The notes beneath the pieces were generated by a model. It saw only the letters and a list, made by a program, of their open reading frames with translations, made no database searches and had not been told where the DNA came from. Positions 35,831-53,902 of a DNA stretch of 64,000 bases are shown in pieces. Both the position numbers and the translations under genes were made by a program. The DNA is from the human T2T-CHM13v2.0 reference genome, Homo sapiens. Numbering within the stretch: position 1 is the stretch's first letter; every line of letters starts with the position of its first letter. The DNA lies in NCBI RefSeq assembly GCF_009914755.1, contig NC_060931.1; one strand, given 5' to 3'.

Positions 35831-37204
35831 ATAGGGTATGGAGATAATTTACAAGAAGAGTAAAAAATTTAAAAAATATTGTCCTGTAAGAATGGAATTG
35901 GAGGAGGGTAGAGTGAGATAGGAGACTTATTTTTCATTTTAAGACTTACAGTCCTTTTTGGGATGCGGGGCAGGGCAGGGCAGGATTATAACTTGTAAAG
36001 ATTTAGTCAGTTACATACATATTAAACACCTGAGATGTATTTCTTTTTTAATGAGAATTTTGGTATTTGTAAGTTTTACCAAATTAAGTATTAAGTCCTT
36101 GATTTTATGATATCCTTTTACTTCTTTCTTGGTTTTCTACTGAGCTCTCACTTTCTAGTATTTAGGGCATTGTTTTTAGGGAATCATGTAGAACAAGTGC
36201 TTTAATCTTTCTTTATTCATAGAAAGTCCTGTTAAGATATTTTTATTTATATAAATTTAATTTTGGAAAAAAGGCCAAAAAGTTAGAATATATTTGAGTT
36301 TTTATTAATCTAAGTGAATCATTATCTATAAAGATGATGTCAGGTTTTTTACCTTACTAATATTTTTTCATGTCCAATATAGCAAAATATTTATAATTTC
36401 AATGATAAAAGGTACCTAAATTCATTTAGATTATTATAGGCCTTTGGACTACATTTAAACCAGATTGGTAAGTTATGGCTTATTTTACTTATATATACTC
36501 CCTTAAAATATGAAAAATTTTTATATTCAAAAAGTAGTAGTCTGAATAAGTGAGAAGTGTAATAATTATTTTCTATATACCATATTCCATCAATTTTAAG
36601 ATATACTTCTTTGTTTTACATTTCAATATTTCTGACAAATAATGTTGTGCCATAGTTTGTCAGCATTGTTTTTCCTTTCTTGGTGCATAAAGTAATTGTG
36701 CATCTTTTATTTGATTTTGTCCTGGAATTGATGAAATATGTTATATATGTTATGTGGAATATGCACTGTTTGAAGAAATCATAATAATTAGATAATACCC
36801 TCTCCCTCCTCATGGTCTCACCTCCAATCCCCAGACCATGACACTGAGCTTTGTCAAAAATTCTAACTGGATGTCCTGTTTAGATCTTTTAAACCTATTA
36901 TTATTGTGAAGTACAACTCACAAAGAAAAATAGATAAAATATAAATGTATAGCATAAAAAATTTATGAAGTGTATACTGAGTAATCACCACTCTAAGTAT
37001 AGATAAAGCAAACATAGTCAGCACCGTGAAAGGCCTGCTTTTATCACTTCAAAATCACAACCCCCCACGAGCTCCTGAGACATAGTTACTGTAATAATAC
37101 ATTTTTGGTAGTGACTTCATTGTTTTTTTATTTTACTCTAAGAATGTACCTTACCTCCTATATACTATAGTTATGCTTGATTTTTACTTTCTATAAATGG
37201 AAAA

Positions 37205-39862
<2,658 letters not shown>

Positions 39863-40089
39863 AAAGTTCAAATCGCTGAATTTTTTACATCAAAGCTCTG
39901 AAAGAAACTATAAATAAATAATTTGGTTTTAGATGTATTTCATTTGTGCAGTTTATAGTTGGGTTTTGTTCTGTGATACAGGGGTTTTTTTTTTTTCTTA
40001 ATGGGTGTTTTTAGCCTATTCACACTTACTGATTCATAACATCAATTACCATAACTATAACTACAATGCCCACACATACCTAGTTCTTT

Positions 40090-40225
40090 AGTTGGTGTTA
40101 TCCAATACAGTAGCCATTAGCCACATGTGGCATTCAGTACTTCAGATATAACTAGTGTGACTGAGGAACTGAATTTTTCATTTAAATTTAATTTTAATTA
40201 ATTTAAACTTAAAAATTGATGCTAC
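40090..40225. mobile_element. MER33/MER3-like DNA transposon fragment
   Basis: tccaatacagtagccattagccacatgtggc...gtgactgaggaactgaattttt motif. Confidence 0.65.
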
Positions 40226-40234
40226 ATTGTTTAG

Positions 40235-41655
40235 GGAAATTGAAGAAGATGTAAGTAAATAAAAAGATATACTTGTTAATGAATTGAAACACTTCATATT
40301 CTTAAGATGGCAATACTTCTGAATTGATCTGCAGATTCAATTCAGTTGCTATCAATATTCCAACATTCTTTTTTGTTTGTAGAAATGGACAAGCTAATCC
40401 CAAAATTTGTATGGAATTGCAAGGGACTCTAAATAGCCAAAACAATCTTGAAATACAAAATCAGAGGACTCATACATCCTAACTTCAGAATTTTCTACAA
40501 AGCTCCAGTAATCAAAACAATATGCTGCTAGCACAAGGATATACATACAAATCAACAGAATTAAATTAAAATTCTGGAAATAAACCCATACATTTGTGGT
40601 CAGTGGAGTTTTGAAAAGGGTACCAAAACCATTCAATGGATAAAGAATAGTGTTTTCACTAAATGATGCTGGGACAACTGACTATCCACATGCAAATGAG
40701 TGAATTTAGACCTTAACCTCATATGAAATGCAAAAATTAATTCAAAAATGGATCTAAGACCCACATGTAAGAGCTAACACAATAAAATCTTATAAGGAAA
40801 CATAGGTGTAAATTTTTCATAACCCTGAGTTAGGCAATTGTTTTTTAATATGACACCAAAAATGTAAATAACAAAAGAAAAAATAGATAAATTGGACTTC
40901 ATCAAAATTTAAAACTTGCATTATCAAAAGATACCATCAAAAAATGAAAGAGTGACCCAAAGACTGGGAGAAAATTTTTGCAAATCATACACAAAATCAG
41001 GGTCTAGTATTTAGAATACATAAAGAACTGCTACAACTTGGCAACACAAATATAAACAACCCGATTTTAAAATGGGCTAAGGACTTAAATAAACATTTCT
41101 CCAAGGAAGATGTACAGTGGCCCAGAAGCACATGAAATGATACTCAACATCATTAGTCATTAGGGAAATGCAAATTCAAACCACAGTAAGACACCACTTT
41201 ATACTCACAAGGATAGCTATATCCAAAATCAACAAAACATAATAAGTATTGGTGAGGATGTGGAGAAGTTGCATTTCTGGTGGGAAAATGTAAAATGATG
41301 CAGTTGCTGTGGAAATAAGTTTGATAATTTCTCTAAGTTAAATACAGAATTACCACATGATTCTGAAATTCTTCTCCTAGATATCAATTCTCTTTCCACC
41401 CAAGATAACTGAAAACATGCGGTCAAACAGAAACTTTTACATGAATGTTCATTATTCTTAATAGCCAAAAGTGGACACAATGCAAGTGTTCACCAGTTGG
41501 TGAATAAATTTAAAATGTGATGTATCCATACAATGGAGTATTACTCAGCCTTAAAATGGGATGAAGCGTTGATACCTACCACAACATGGATAAACTTTGA
41601 AACCATTATAGGTGAAAGGCGTCAAACACAAAAGCCACATATTTTGTGATTCAGT
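40235..41655 (+). mobile_element. L1MB-like ORF2 end and 3'UTR fragment
   Basis: Degenerate L1 motifs (gggaaatgcaaattcaaaccac, acatggataaactttgaaac). Confidence 0.78.
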
Positions 41656-44330
41656 TCCCCAAAAGTACACTTTGTGTTTTTGTTTCTTGTTCTCTTTTTG
41701 GTTTTCAGATTATTATGCCCTGGGGGAAAAGGGAGCATGGCAATTTATCACTATAAGAACACCAGAATTTCTCCCACCATTCTTTGTTAACATGATATAT
41801 TTCCCAGTTCTTTAACTATACATAAACAGTTTATGAAACAGACATAAAGGTGTATACAAGTATACAAATGAATAAATAAGATAATTCTAGGCATTCTTGT
41901 TTTGGGGCTTGATCTTAAAATATATTTTTGATGTTTCACCATTGAATATTGTATTTGCTCTGGGTTTTACTGGGGTATTTTGTTTTTGTTTTTAGTTATG
42001 AATACTCTGGTTAAGAATGTTTTCTTCTATTCTTAATGTGCTATGGGGTACTTTTTATAATTGGTTTCTTGTTTGTTTTTAAATCGTTAATGAGTCTTGT
42101 AAATGTATCACATGCTTTTTCTGCATCTATTAAAATTATTCATATAGTTTTTCTCCTTGTTCATGTGGTAAATTACATTAATAGAAATGTTTTATGGCCC
42201 TTACATCTCCTTGTTTTTCTGGAATAAACCTATTGTGAACAATAGTATATTATCTTAATCCCTTGTTGTATTCCATTTTAAATGCTTTGTTTACAGTTTT
42301 TACATCCATATGTGTATGAATTTTACATCTATATGTGTATGAATTTCAGTAAAGTCTATGAAATAGACTTTATTTTCCTTTCTTGTATTGTCTGCTTGAA
42401 AAATCAATGGTATATTGGTGACATCATCCTCTCCCCAAGAATTTGGGGATAATTTTCTCCTTGTAAACTGTAAGTCCATTTTGTATGATATTAAGATTCC
42501 CACCAGTTTTCTTTTGTTTAATATTTTTCTAGTATATTCTTATCTTTTTAAAACTGTATTTCATCTAATCTATCATGCCTTCCATTGTAAATGCATTTCA
42601 ATTCAGAGACATTATGTAAGAAAATGGCATGACAGCAATAGTAAGATGTCATCAATTACAAGCTGTACTATGATTCCAGATATGTCAATATATTAAAAAT
42701 ATACACCAAGAATTTATGAAATACATTGTTTTCAACCTTTCTGTGTCCTTATGTCTTTAAGTATGTGTTTAAAAATGTTACTTAACTGGAATTAAAAAAA
42801 AACTACTCCGGCAGGCTTTGTCTTTTAACTGAAGTGCTTAAGATATTTACTGATATATTTGGAATGATATCTACTATTGCATTTTTTGCCTTCTACTTAT
42901 CCTATGACTTTGCATTTCTTTTTATATCCTTTATTCTTTCTTGCCTTTTACAAATTTCTCTTTTCCCTCATTTTATTCCTCTACCAGTTTAAAAGTTATG
43001 CACATAACTTTTCTTCTATGATACCCCATTAATTTTAATATGCAGATTTAAAATTTAACAAAGTTGAAGGTTAATGTCTTTACCACCCATCCAAGTAAAT
43101 GAGAATCTTGCATTGCTTTGCCTCTAAATTTTTCCTTTTTGACATATGCTTTTGATGTCCCGAATTTTACATTTGTCATTGATTTATTTAAAAATTTCTA
43201 AAGTAGGCATAATTGTTACTGTTTTATACTCTCAATATTTGTTTAGGTTTACCCATAAGTTTACCATTCTCTTTGTGTACCTTCTTGCAAAACAACCTTC
43301 CTTATTAGGTCATTTTACTTTTTCTTATATTATAACCATCAGAAGTTGTTTTAGTGGGGATTTGTTGGCACATCTCTAACGTTTTAGTTTTCTGAAAATA
43401 TGCTTATCTCATCCTCTTTTTAGGAAGATAATTTTGCTGGATATGTGTCCTTGTATGACAGGGGTTTTTTAGTATTTTGAAAATATTTAATAAATATTAC
43501 ACTTTTTTCTGTCTATCTTCCATTTTACAAGTTCTTTCTTCAATTGTATCTGATTTTTAGGCAATCCATTTATTTTTATTGTGAAATACATTTAATTTTT
43601 AAAGTTCTGTTTGGCTGTTTTCAAAGCTGGAACTTTATTATCAGCCATTAATTTTTTTCTGTTTTATCCAAAACCATGGTATGACAGGCAAATATTCTTT
43701 GCTATTTGTTTGTTTATTGGTTTGTTTTCTAGATCCCTGACTAAGAACATCTTGTTGGTCAGACTTTTCTTTTGGCAGAGGTATCTGTTTCAAATTTGCA
43801 ACATGCGTAGATGCCATAGTCAGGAGCCCAACAGATGAAAACACAGATCACAGAGGATGAAATATATAATGTCTGTCTTTGTGTTTATGATATTTTTCAA
43901 CATTACATCTATGAAATTATAATTTCTGACCTTGATTTCTTTAGTTCATGTCTTTCTGGTATTTTCTCTCTCTTCAGTTTTACCTGTTTGGTATTTATTT
44001 GTGTCCTTTTTAAGTGTAAAAAATTTTATTAGCACATTTAATTTAAGCAACATTCAACAAAGACAATAGTCAAAGATTACTTTATGTAAATTTAAAGACC
44101 AAACTGATATTTTTTGAAGGACTTCATAGTATCTGTGGTAAGACATGTGTAAGACTTGCTCCTTACATTCATTTTCAGTCTTCTGAGTTGACAGTTATAC
44201 TGGGTCTAGTCTTTTACTATTTTGGTAATTTAACATGCTTATTTAATTTAAAGTATCAAATCAATAGCTTTATTAGCTTAATTAACTTTAAGTCTCAAAT
44301 AAATATCTTTATTCTTGAATGAGCTCTTTT

Positions 44331-47300
44331 GAAAAAATATTAGACTGAGGCAGGTACATGTACAGGTTTGTTACTTGGATATATTGCTTAATGGTGAGCT
44401 TTGGGCTTCTAGTGTAACCATCTCAAATAGTGAACATTGTACCCAATAGGTAATTATATGACCTTTGTCCCCTCCTCAGTCTCCCCACTTTTAGAGTCCC
44501 TAGTGTTTATTATTTCCATCTTTATGTCCATGTTTACCCATGTGAGAATATGTAGTATTTGATTTTCTGTTTCTGAGCTATCTCACTTAGGATAATTGGC
44601 TTCCAGGTCCATTCATGTTGCTGAAACAGGACACAATTAATTTCATTCTTCTTTATGGCTAAATGGTATTCCACCATGTATATATACACCACATTTTCTT
44701 TATTCAGTATTTTATTGATGAATACTTAGGTTGATTTGATACATTTGCTATTGTGAATAGTGCTGTGATAAACATACAAGGGAGAGTGTCTTTTTGATAC
44801 AACGATTAATTTTCCTTTGGGTAGGAAATCCCAATTCATCTGGTCCTATGCTCTTTTTTGTTGGGAGATTTTTTTTAATTACTGGTTCATTTTAATTACT
44901 TTTTATTGGTCTGTTCAGGATTTCTGTTTCTTCCTGGTTCAATCTTGGGAAGTGTAGGTTTCAGAAATTTTTTTTCTAGGTTTTCTAGTTTGTGCACATA
45001 AAGAGGCTCATAAAAATCTTTGATAATCTTTTGTATTTCTGCAATATCAGCTGTAATGTAACCGTTATTTCTGATTGTGCTTATTTTAATTTTCTCTTGT
45101 TTTTTCCATTGTTAATATAGCTAGTGGTCTATTAATTTTTTTAACCTTTCAAAAAACCAACTTTTCATTTAACTGATCCTTTGGGTTGATTTTTTTTTGT
45201 CTCAGTTTCATTCAGTTCTGCTCTGATGTTTGTTATTTCTGTCTTCTGCTACTTTTGAGTATGGTTTGTCCTCGTTTTTCTAGTTCCTTGAAGTGTAACA
45301 TTTGGTTGCTAATTTGAGATCTTTCTATCTTTTTGATGTTGGCATTTAGTGCTATAAACTTTCCTCTTAGCCCTGTTTTTGCCATATCCCAGAGGTTTTG
45401 GTATATTATGTCTCTTTTCATTTGTTTCAAAAAGAATGTTGGATTTCTGCCTTATTTTGTTTACCCAAATGTCTTCCAGGAGCAAGTTGTTTAGTTTCTA
45501 CATACTTGTGTAATTTTGATGGTTCTTCATGGTATTGATTTCTAATTTTATTCCACTGTGGTCTGAGAAGATATTTGATATGATTTCAGTTTTTAAAAAT
45601 TTATTGAGACTTGCTTTATGACCAACCATATGGTCAGTTTTGGAGAATGTTCTCTGCACAGGTGAGAAAAATATATATTCTGTGGTTATTGGGTAGCATG
45701 TTCTGTAAATATCTATTAGGTCCATTTGCTCTAGAGTCTAATTTAAGTCCAGAGTATTTTTTTTTTATTTTCTGCCTCAGTAATCTGTCTAGTGCTATTA
45801 GTAGAGTGTTGAATTCCCTCACTATTATTGTATTACCCTATATCATTTCTTATGTCTAGTAGTATTTGTTTTATGAATCTGGGTGCTCCAGTGTTGGATG
45901 CATATATATTTAGAACAGTTAAATCTTCTTGTTGAATCAAACCCTTTATCATTATATAATGACCTTCCTTGTCTTTTTCACTGTTGTTGATTTAAAGTCT
46001 GTTTTGTATGATATAAGAATAGCTACTCTTGATCGTTTTGTTTTCCTGTTGCATGATACATCTTTTTCAAACTCTTCCATTTTGAGTCTGTAAGTGTATT
46101 TACCTGTTAGGTGGGTCTTCGAAGATGGTTGGGTCTTGTTTTTAATCCAGCTTGTCAGCCTATATCTTTGTGAGGCCATGTGAGGTTCTGTTCCTGTCAC
46201 AGTGTTGATAACTAGTTGCTTTGTAATCTCAATTGTGTAATTGCTTTATCGGCTGTCTGAGCTTTGGACGTATGTATGCATTTATGATGGTGAGTATCGT
46301 CCTTTTTTTATGTTTAGAGCTCCTTTGATCATTTCTTGTAGGACTAGTCTAATCGTGATTAATTCCCTTAGTGCTTGCTTGTCTGGGGAAGGACTTTATT
46401 TCTTCTTCATTGATGAAGCTTAGTTTGGCAGTATATAAAATTCTTGGCTAGTGTTTTTTTCTCTAAGAAGGCTGAAAAAAGACCCCCAGTCTCTTCTGGC
46501 TCATAAGGTTTCTTCTGAGAAGTCTGTTGTTAATCTGATAGAATTTCCTTTATAGGAAATTCTTTTATTTCTTTTCCTTTAGGAAATTTCTTTTCTTTCA
46601 CGTTGACCTTGGATAGTCTGATGATCATATGCCTTGGTGGTGTTGATTTTGTATAGTATCTTTCAGGTGTTCTCTGAATTTCTTGTATCTGAATGGCTAT
46701 ATCTCTAGCAAGATCAGGAAAATTTTCCTGAATTATTCCCTCAAATATTTTTTCCAAACATTTTACTTTTTCATCTTCTCTCTCAAGAATAGCCAAAAGT
46801 TGTAGGTTTGGTTGCTTTACATAATCTAATGTTTCTTGAAGGCTTTGTTGATTTTTAATTTTTTTTCTTTTTTTCTGACTGTGTTAATTAGAAAAATCAA
46901 TCTTCAAGCTCTGAAATTCTTTCTTTTGCTTGGTCTTTTATACTGTTAAAGCTTTCAAATGTATTTTGAAATTCCTTCAGCGAATTTTTCATTTCTTCAA
47001 GTTCTGTTTGGTTTTTAAAAATATCTACCTAACTCATCTTTCAGGTCCTGAATTGTTTTTCTGATCTCTTTGTGTTGTTTCCCAACCTTCTCTTAGATCT
47101 CATTTAACTTCCTTATAATCTACATTTTGAATTCTTTATTTGTCATAACAGAATTTTCATTTTGGTTAGGATCTATTCCTAGAGAACTAGTGTAATCCTT
47201 TGGAGATGTCAAAACACTCTATCCTTTTGTGCTGCCAGAGTTCTTACACTAATTCCTTCTAATCTGAGGAAGCTCCCTTAAGGATGTGACTGTTAGGTAT

Positions 47301-48814
47301 ATTGTCTAAGATCATTTGGCTTCATTTCTAGTTGCTTTCAGGAAGCCAAGACTCTGTATGAGTCCTTGGTTATAGATAGCTTTTTTTGCAGTGGCTTTCT
47401 CAAATGCTACTTGTCGTAGCAATGTATTGGTCATATGATCCAACTCACTATCTTCTGCAAGGCTGAGAGTGTGTAGGTCCCAGGGCACTTATCTCATAAC
47501 CTAGCACTATGCCCTTCTATCCTCAGATTTCTTTATTTGGTGATGCAGTTCAATCTCCAGTTCAGTAAGTTGCACTTCAGAGTAAGAGCCAGCTTTCCCT
47601 GGGGTATGCTGATGACAAGTGGTAGCACCAGCCCCAACATATGGCGGGGGTAGTTCATGATAGGATGCACTGAGGTCTCTGGGGATGGGAGTTGAGAGGA
47701 CTGCATCAGCTCCTTGTCCTAGGCAGGTAGGAATGCAATCAGCTTCCCTGTCACACCCTTGTCACAGGGCTTGCAACTTTCAGTTTAGATAGACACTATC
47801 TTTATCTCTAGGCCACAATGCAACTGAGGTTTGTGGAAAATGCCTGTCTGTCTACTACCAACAAAATAACCCAAGGGAGAAAACTTTTCACCCAGCCGAA
47901 AACAAACAACTCTGCTGGCGATCTGTACTCTATTGCAGGAATGTTGCCACTCTGTGTAGGGAGAGGGAGGTGAGTCATACCCTTTATTTAAGCCCAGGTG
48001 ATAGGCACACTTTTAGTGGAGAATAGTACTGTCTCCAAGTGTGCCTGTGTCAACCTCTAGTAGGAAAAGCCTTCGCTGCATCTGCAGTAGTAGGTCAGGG
48101 CACAGGAGAAGGGCACAGTCACCCATCTTGTCACAAATGTGGGGTTCTCAGGCAGGAGAGAAGTTGCAATCTGGTTCCTTTGTCCCAGTGAGTGCTTTGG
48201 TGGGCTGCACCTCTCCCTCCCCTAGGAGTGGCCCACACCGAGGACTAGATCTCCAGGGATCCTGCAGCTCCCCAGGGTCCTGATGGTCCCCTCTGGTTGC
48301 AGATTCAGAGAAGACTCTGAGAAATGTTTGTGGGGAATCTGGTGATGCAGTGACACAAGGGCTGAGATTCCCTGAATCTGCACAACGAGTATCGCACCCA
48401 CTGCTTCAGCTCAGGTTTGGGGGCAATGTGAGCCCAGCTGCACAAGCTGACCACCTGGTGCTCTGCCCACAGGATGTTTCCAGATTACTATTGGCAGAAT
48501 TGCCCAGGTTTGCAGGGGCAGAGGGGCTCTCTGACAATTCACTTCTCAGCAGTTTGTCACATTGGTGAGGGGTGCAAAGAAATGCCCCTACCTACCCTTT
48601 CTATGGGACTCCAAGTTCCTTAATGGTCAGTCTCTCCCAGGCTCTTGCTGCCTTCCTTTTCTGCCTCCCAGCTGTTTCCTGCATGGTCTCCAACAGGTTT
48701 CAACACTCTTATCTCAACTTTCCACTCAGGCTATGATTATTCATCTATAAATTTGATCTGCTTTCTGAGGAGAACTGGCATCTGATGTATCTAGTCAGCC
48801 ATCTTGGGAAAAAG
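44331..48814 (-). mobile_element. Old L1 (L1PB/L1MA-age) with both ends and a large internal ORF2 deletion at ~44825
   Basis: 16-bp TSD ttgaatga(g/a)ctctttt at 44315-44330 and 48815-48830; 5' end caagatggctgactag; ORF1 remnant 46530..46796. Confidence 0.87.
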
Positions 48815-48927
48815 TTGAATGAACTCTTTTTTTTTTTTCAATTATGATAGAATCAGAAATCCCAAATATTTAGAAAAACCATGTGTATTTTATAGATCAC
48901 TCATTATTGTCCAACCACCACCACTCC

Positions 48928-49225
<298 letters not shown>

Positions 49226-49555
49226 CCTTATATAATTGTCTTAACTGGACCTGAACATCTGGGGTTTGGCTATTGAGTTTAACTCATTTAAATTGTGTGT
49301 GATTACTTTTGTACTAGGGTTTATTTCTGCCATCTCCTTTTTTGTTTTGAATTTTCTTTGGCAGGTTTGGTTGTTTTTTGTTTTGTTTTGTTTTGTTTGC
49401 TCCTGCATTTGACAGATTGTGGTTTCTTTGAATACTCTCAAGGTAATACAGACTATTTTTATGCTTCTACTTATTTTTTAATATAATTGCTCATATTTAA
49501 AATTTTATTTTTCCATGTTTATTTTTAAGTATATTAACACCAGTATTTTTCTTCT

Positions 49556-49773
49556 TTTTTTTTATTATACTTTAAGTTCTGGGATACATGTGCAGAACGT
49601 GCAGGTTTGTTACATAGTTATACATGTGCCATGGTGGTTTGCTGCACCCATCAACCCATTATCTAGGTTTTAAGCCCTGCATGCATTAGGTATTTGTCCT
49701 AATGCTCTCCCTTCCCTTGCTCCCCACTGCCAACAGGCCGCGGTGTGTGATGTTCCCCTCCCTGTGTCCATGA
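49556..49773 (-). mobile_element. 218-bp L1PA8-like 3' end
   Basis: L1PA tail with tctaggttttaagccctgcatgc; 23-bp TSD attaacacca(g/a)tatttttcttct. Confidence 0.88.
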
Positions 49774-50478
49774 ATTAACACCAATATTTTTCTTCTAAAT
49801 TGGACCATCATCTTAGCACATTTTTATCTCTATTGAGTTTCTCTTCTACCATTTTTTTCACCTTATGCTCTGCTTCTGTTCTATAGTCATATCCTGAGGA
49901 ATTTTAGATATGGATTGTGATAGATGTTCTCTCTGCTCTACCTCTGCTTGTCCTTGTTCCCCTCAGTAGGAAATGCTTAGGAGTGACTGGATCTTCTGAA
50001 CCTGTTGTTATCTTCTCTTTGCTAAAGCTGAGCTGATCTTGACACACTACCCTGTATTATACCCCACTGTTATTAGCTGGAACTGCTGTTGTCTGCCTTG
50101 TATTGAAGATTGAGCAGGCAGCAATCCACCTCGGGCAGTGAAAGGAACCCAGTTAGAAGGCTGTTTCCAGCGCATCTAGAGTTTCTGTTTCTCTTCTCTG
50201 GAAATCTTTTCTCTCTCTTTTGGGCATTCTTGGTTTATATCTTAATACCTTATATCTGTAAACCCACTTGAACTTCTGTAGTATCTCTAGGGTTGGTTTC
50301 CGAGAGGGAGTCAGCAGCCCATGCTAACTTGCCATTTTTTTTTCAGGAAGCTTAAATCTTTATAATATCATTATAATTTTGTATTTAGTACTAAATATTT
50401 TCGAATTTGTTCACCGTAGCTTGCAAATGTAAAAGTGTTTAAGAATCAAGTTGGAACATATTTTTAACTTTTTTTTAA

Positions 50479-50670
<192 letters not shown>

Positions 50671-51797
50671 TAAAATTATCAAAACGTACTTAATTTTATT
50701 CTAGTTATTGCCTTTGAACTGTGACTGCCAAAATATTTTTTAACTGAATAAAATTATTTATCCATTGCTGCTTCTCTTCTGTTTTTGAATTGTCCTCCTC
50801 TTAATGAAAAATCAGGCAACTGTAGAAGATACTTTTGTTTGTTGAACTTTTTCCAATTTTATGTTTTAACATAAAAACAAGCCATTATTTTAATAAGCAG
50901 CTTAATTTATGTATTTGAGATTTTAGTTTCTATGATAAATTTTATAAAAGATGATTGGTTTGTGAAAATGCAGTGATTGCCTAAGCACGTACATCTGATT
51001 TTTTGAAAATTAGATATTTTAGCAGCTCTTGTGTGTTAAGCACTGTAGTAGGCAAAGTGGAGTATATAACAGAAAGAAAACAAACTCTATTATTTTAAGG
51101 AGTTTGTAGCCATTACTTTTTTACTGTATTTTCTATTTTTCTCTTTTTGTCTTCTTTTAATATCATTATTCATAGATGATATATATATATAAGGAAAGCC
51201 CAATGGAATTAGTGATAGAAATATTCAAAAAATTAAAAATGCAGTGGGGAAATTGTCATAATTTTATAAATATAAATAATTTTATCTATACAGATAGCTA
51301 TTGCTTAGAAAATATTTTTAAATCCAAATTACATAGCTATAAACATTTGCATAATGCATATGAAGAAAACTTTTCATGCGCTATTAAAGACTTGTGGTAC
51401 CAGCAAGAATTCAGACTAAGATAATCTGAAAGTATCTACATTGCAAAAATATGAAAATGCTGAGTAGAATACAATTTTTTAAAAGATTCATTCAGAGCTA
51501 CTCTCTCAAGAAAAGGAACTCCCTAGGGATCAGAAACATACACCTAACACAAGAAGAATATGTGCATATATTAGAGAACTGTAGGCCCCAGGGATGGGGG
51601 TGAAGGCATAATTCCTTAACCTAGAAACTTGCATTTTAACACCAACAGGGAAACAGCAGGTATAGGTCCCTGTCATTCAAGGTGGAAATTGAACCTAGAA
51701 TGTAGGAGTGAGGTGCAAAATGGCAGAGTAAACAAATAAATTTGTAGAGAAAGCTTGATTACATGCAATAGCAAAAATAATGACCAATATGGGGTGA

Positions 51798-52233
51798 CAT
51801 TGGTACACTGAAATATGTTTAACTGGCTCTTTTAGAGGAGATGGAGACAGAAGCCCTCATTTGTAGTGTTTGCCAATTTTTCTGTGATAAATACTGCCAT
51901 CATGGCCAATTTAAAGCTACCAATATGACATCACTGAATGCAAAATTGGGAAGAGGTGCACAGTAGAACAGCATTCCATAGTATTTCTACTAAGATAGAT
52001 GAAATAGATGTAAATGACTGTAAGAACATAGATAATAGTTAAAATACGGTGAAATAATTAGAAAGTGATGAATTTTGAGCAGTTATTACCTTTTTGTTTA
52101 ATATAATTTACTTAGTTGTAAATTTATATAATTTAATGTTTAATAACAGCAATGTTTAACAACTGACTTAAATTTCTGAAATTTAACAATCAGTTCTCGA
52201 GAGCCTATACAAGCCAGCTACAGGCCACCACTG
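51798..52233. mobile_element. MER63B-like hAT DNA transposon
   Basis: Degenerate TIRs cattggt...accactg; 436 bp; gccaatttaaagctaccaa core. Confidence 0.7.
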
Positions 52234-52956
52234 AGAGTATGAAAGCAGAGCAGAACTAAAACACTGACTAAAAATATCAGAAAGAGTCAGAGATGCACAG
52301 TAGAACACTATTACATAGTATTTCTACTAAGATAGATGAAATAGATGTAAATGACCATAAGAACATAGATAATAGTTAAAATATGATGAAATAATTAGAA
52401 AGTGATGAATTTTGACTAGTCTTTTGAGCTAGTCTTTTGAGGTCTTTGTAATATAGTGAAGGTGGTTAGAGACATTTTTTAATGTGTGTGCCTGTTTCCA
52501 AAATTAACATTTAGAAGTTGCAATTAAGAGAATAGAAGTAGAATGTTTAATTTTCAAACCAGTAGAGGGAAAGAAAAGAAATAAGGAAAGCTTGATCGAT
52601 ATAATAGAAGGGAGCACATTAGAAAAAATAAAGATAGTGAAAAGAGAACGCAAAATGCAAATTACATATAACCAGAAGAGTCAACACCACCATAAAAGTA
52701 AATGGCAGAAACTTGCCAGTTAAGATAAACTCTTAGATTTTTTGAAAAATAATTATAAAATTTAGCTGTATGCTATTGATAAGAGAGACACATAACACAT
52801 AATGACATAAAAAGTTGAAACTAGGGGGATAAATATACTAGATAGATACTAACTAAAAGAATTTTATGTCAATATCATTAAACATAGACATTAAGGCAGA
52901 AAGCATTATTAAGACTAAAGAAAGACATTGCTTTTTTTAAAAAGTAAGCATTCACC

Positions 52957-53282
<326 letters not shown>

Positions 53283-53540
53283 TCAGTGCTGGACTTACAT
53301 ATATTTAACAATATATCCATGAAAAATATGAAGCAAAAATTAATTAAATGTCCAGAATAAATTGGTAATTCCATAATTATAATGAGAAATTTTAATGTCT
53401 TTCAGAGTAATTTATAGATTGAACGGATATAGTGAACTTCGATTAACACAATTAATAAACCTGATCTAAAATATATTAAATGTTAACAATTAGAACATAT
53501 AACCTTTTCAAGCATATATGGAACAGCTATAGTGGAGTTA

Positions 53541-53902
53541 TTTTTGTTTGGTTTGTTTTGTTTTTGTCTTGTCTTGTTTTGTTTTGTTTTGTTTTGTTTT
53601 GTTTTGTTTTGTTTTGTTTTGAGATGGAGTCTCGCTTTGTCACCCAGGCTGGAGTGCAGTGGCGCGATCTTGGCTCACTGAAACCTCCACCTCCTGGGTT
53701 CAAGTGATTCTCCTGCCTCAGCCTTCCGAGTACCTAGGACTACAGGCATGTGACACCACACCTGGCCAATTTTTGTATTTTTAGTAGAGACGGGGTTTCA
53801 CGACGTTGGCTAGGCTGGTCTCTAACTCCTGACCTCAAGTGATCTGCCCAACTCGGCCTCCCAAAGTGCTGGTATTATAGGCATGAGCCACCGCACCCGG
53901 CC
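53541..53902 (-). mobile_element. Alu (AluSx-like) with a (GTTTT)n expanded tail at 53541-53620
   Basis: Reverse Alu ending gcacccggcc. Confidence 0.93.
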
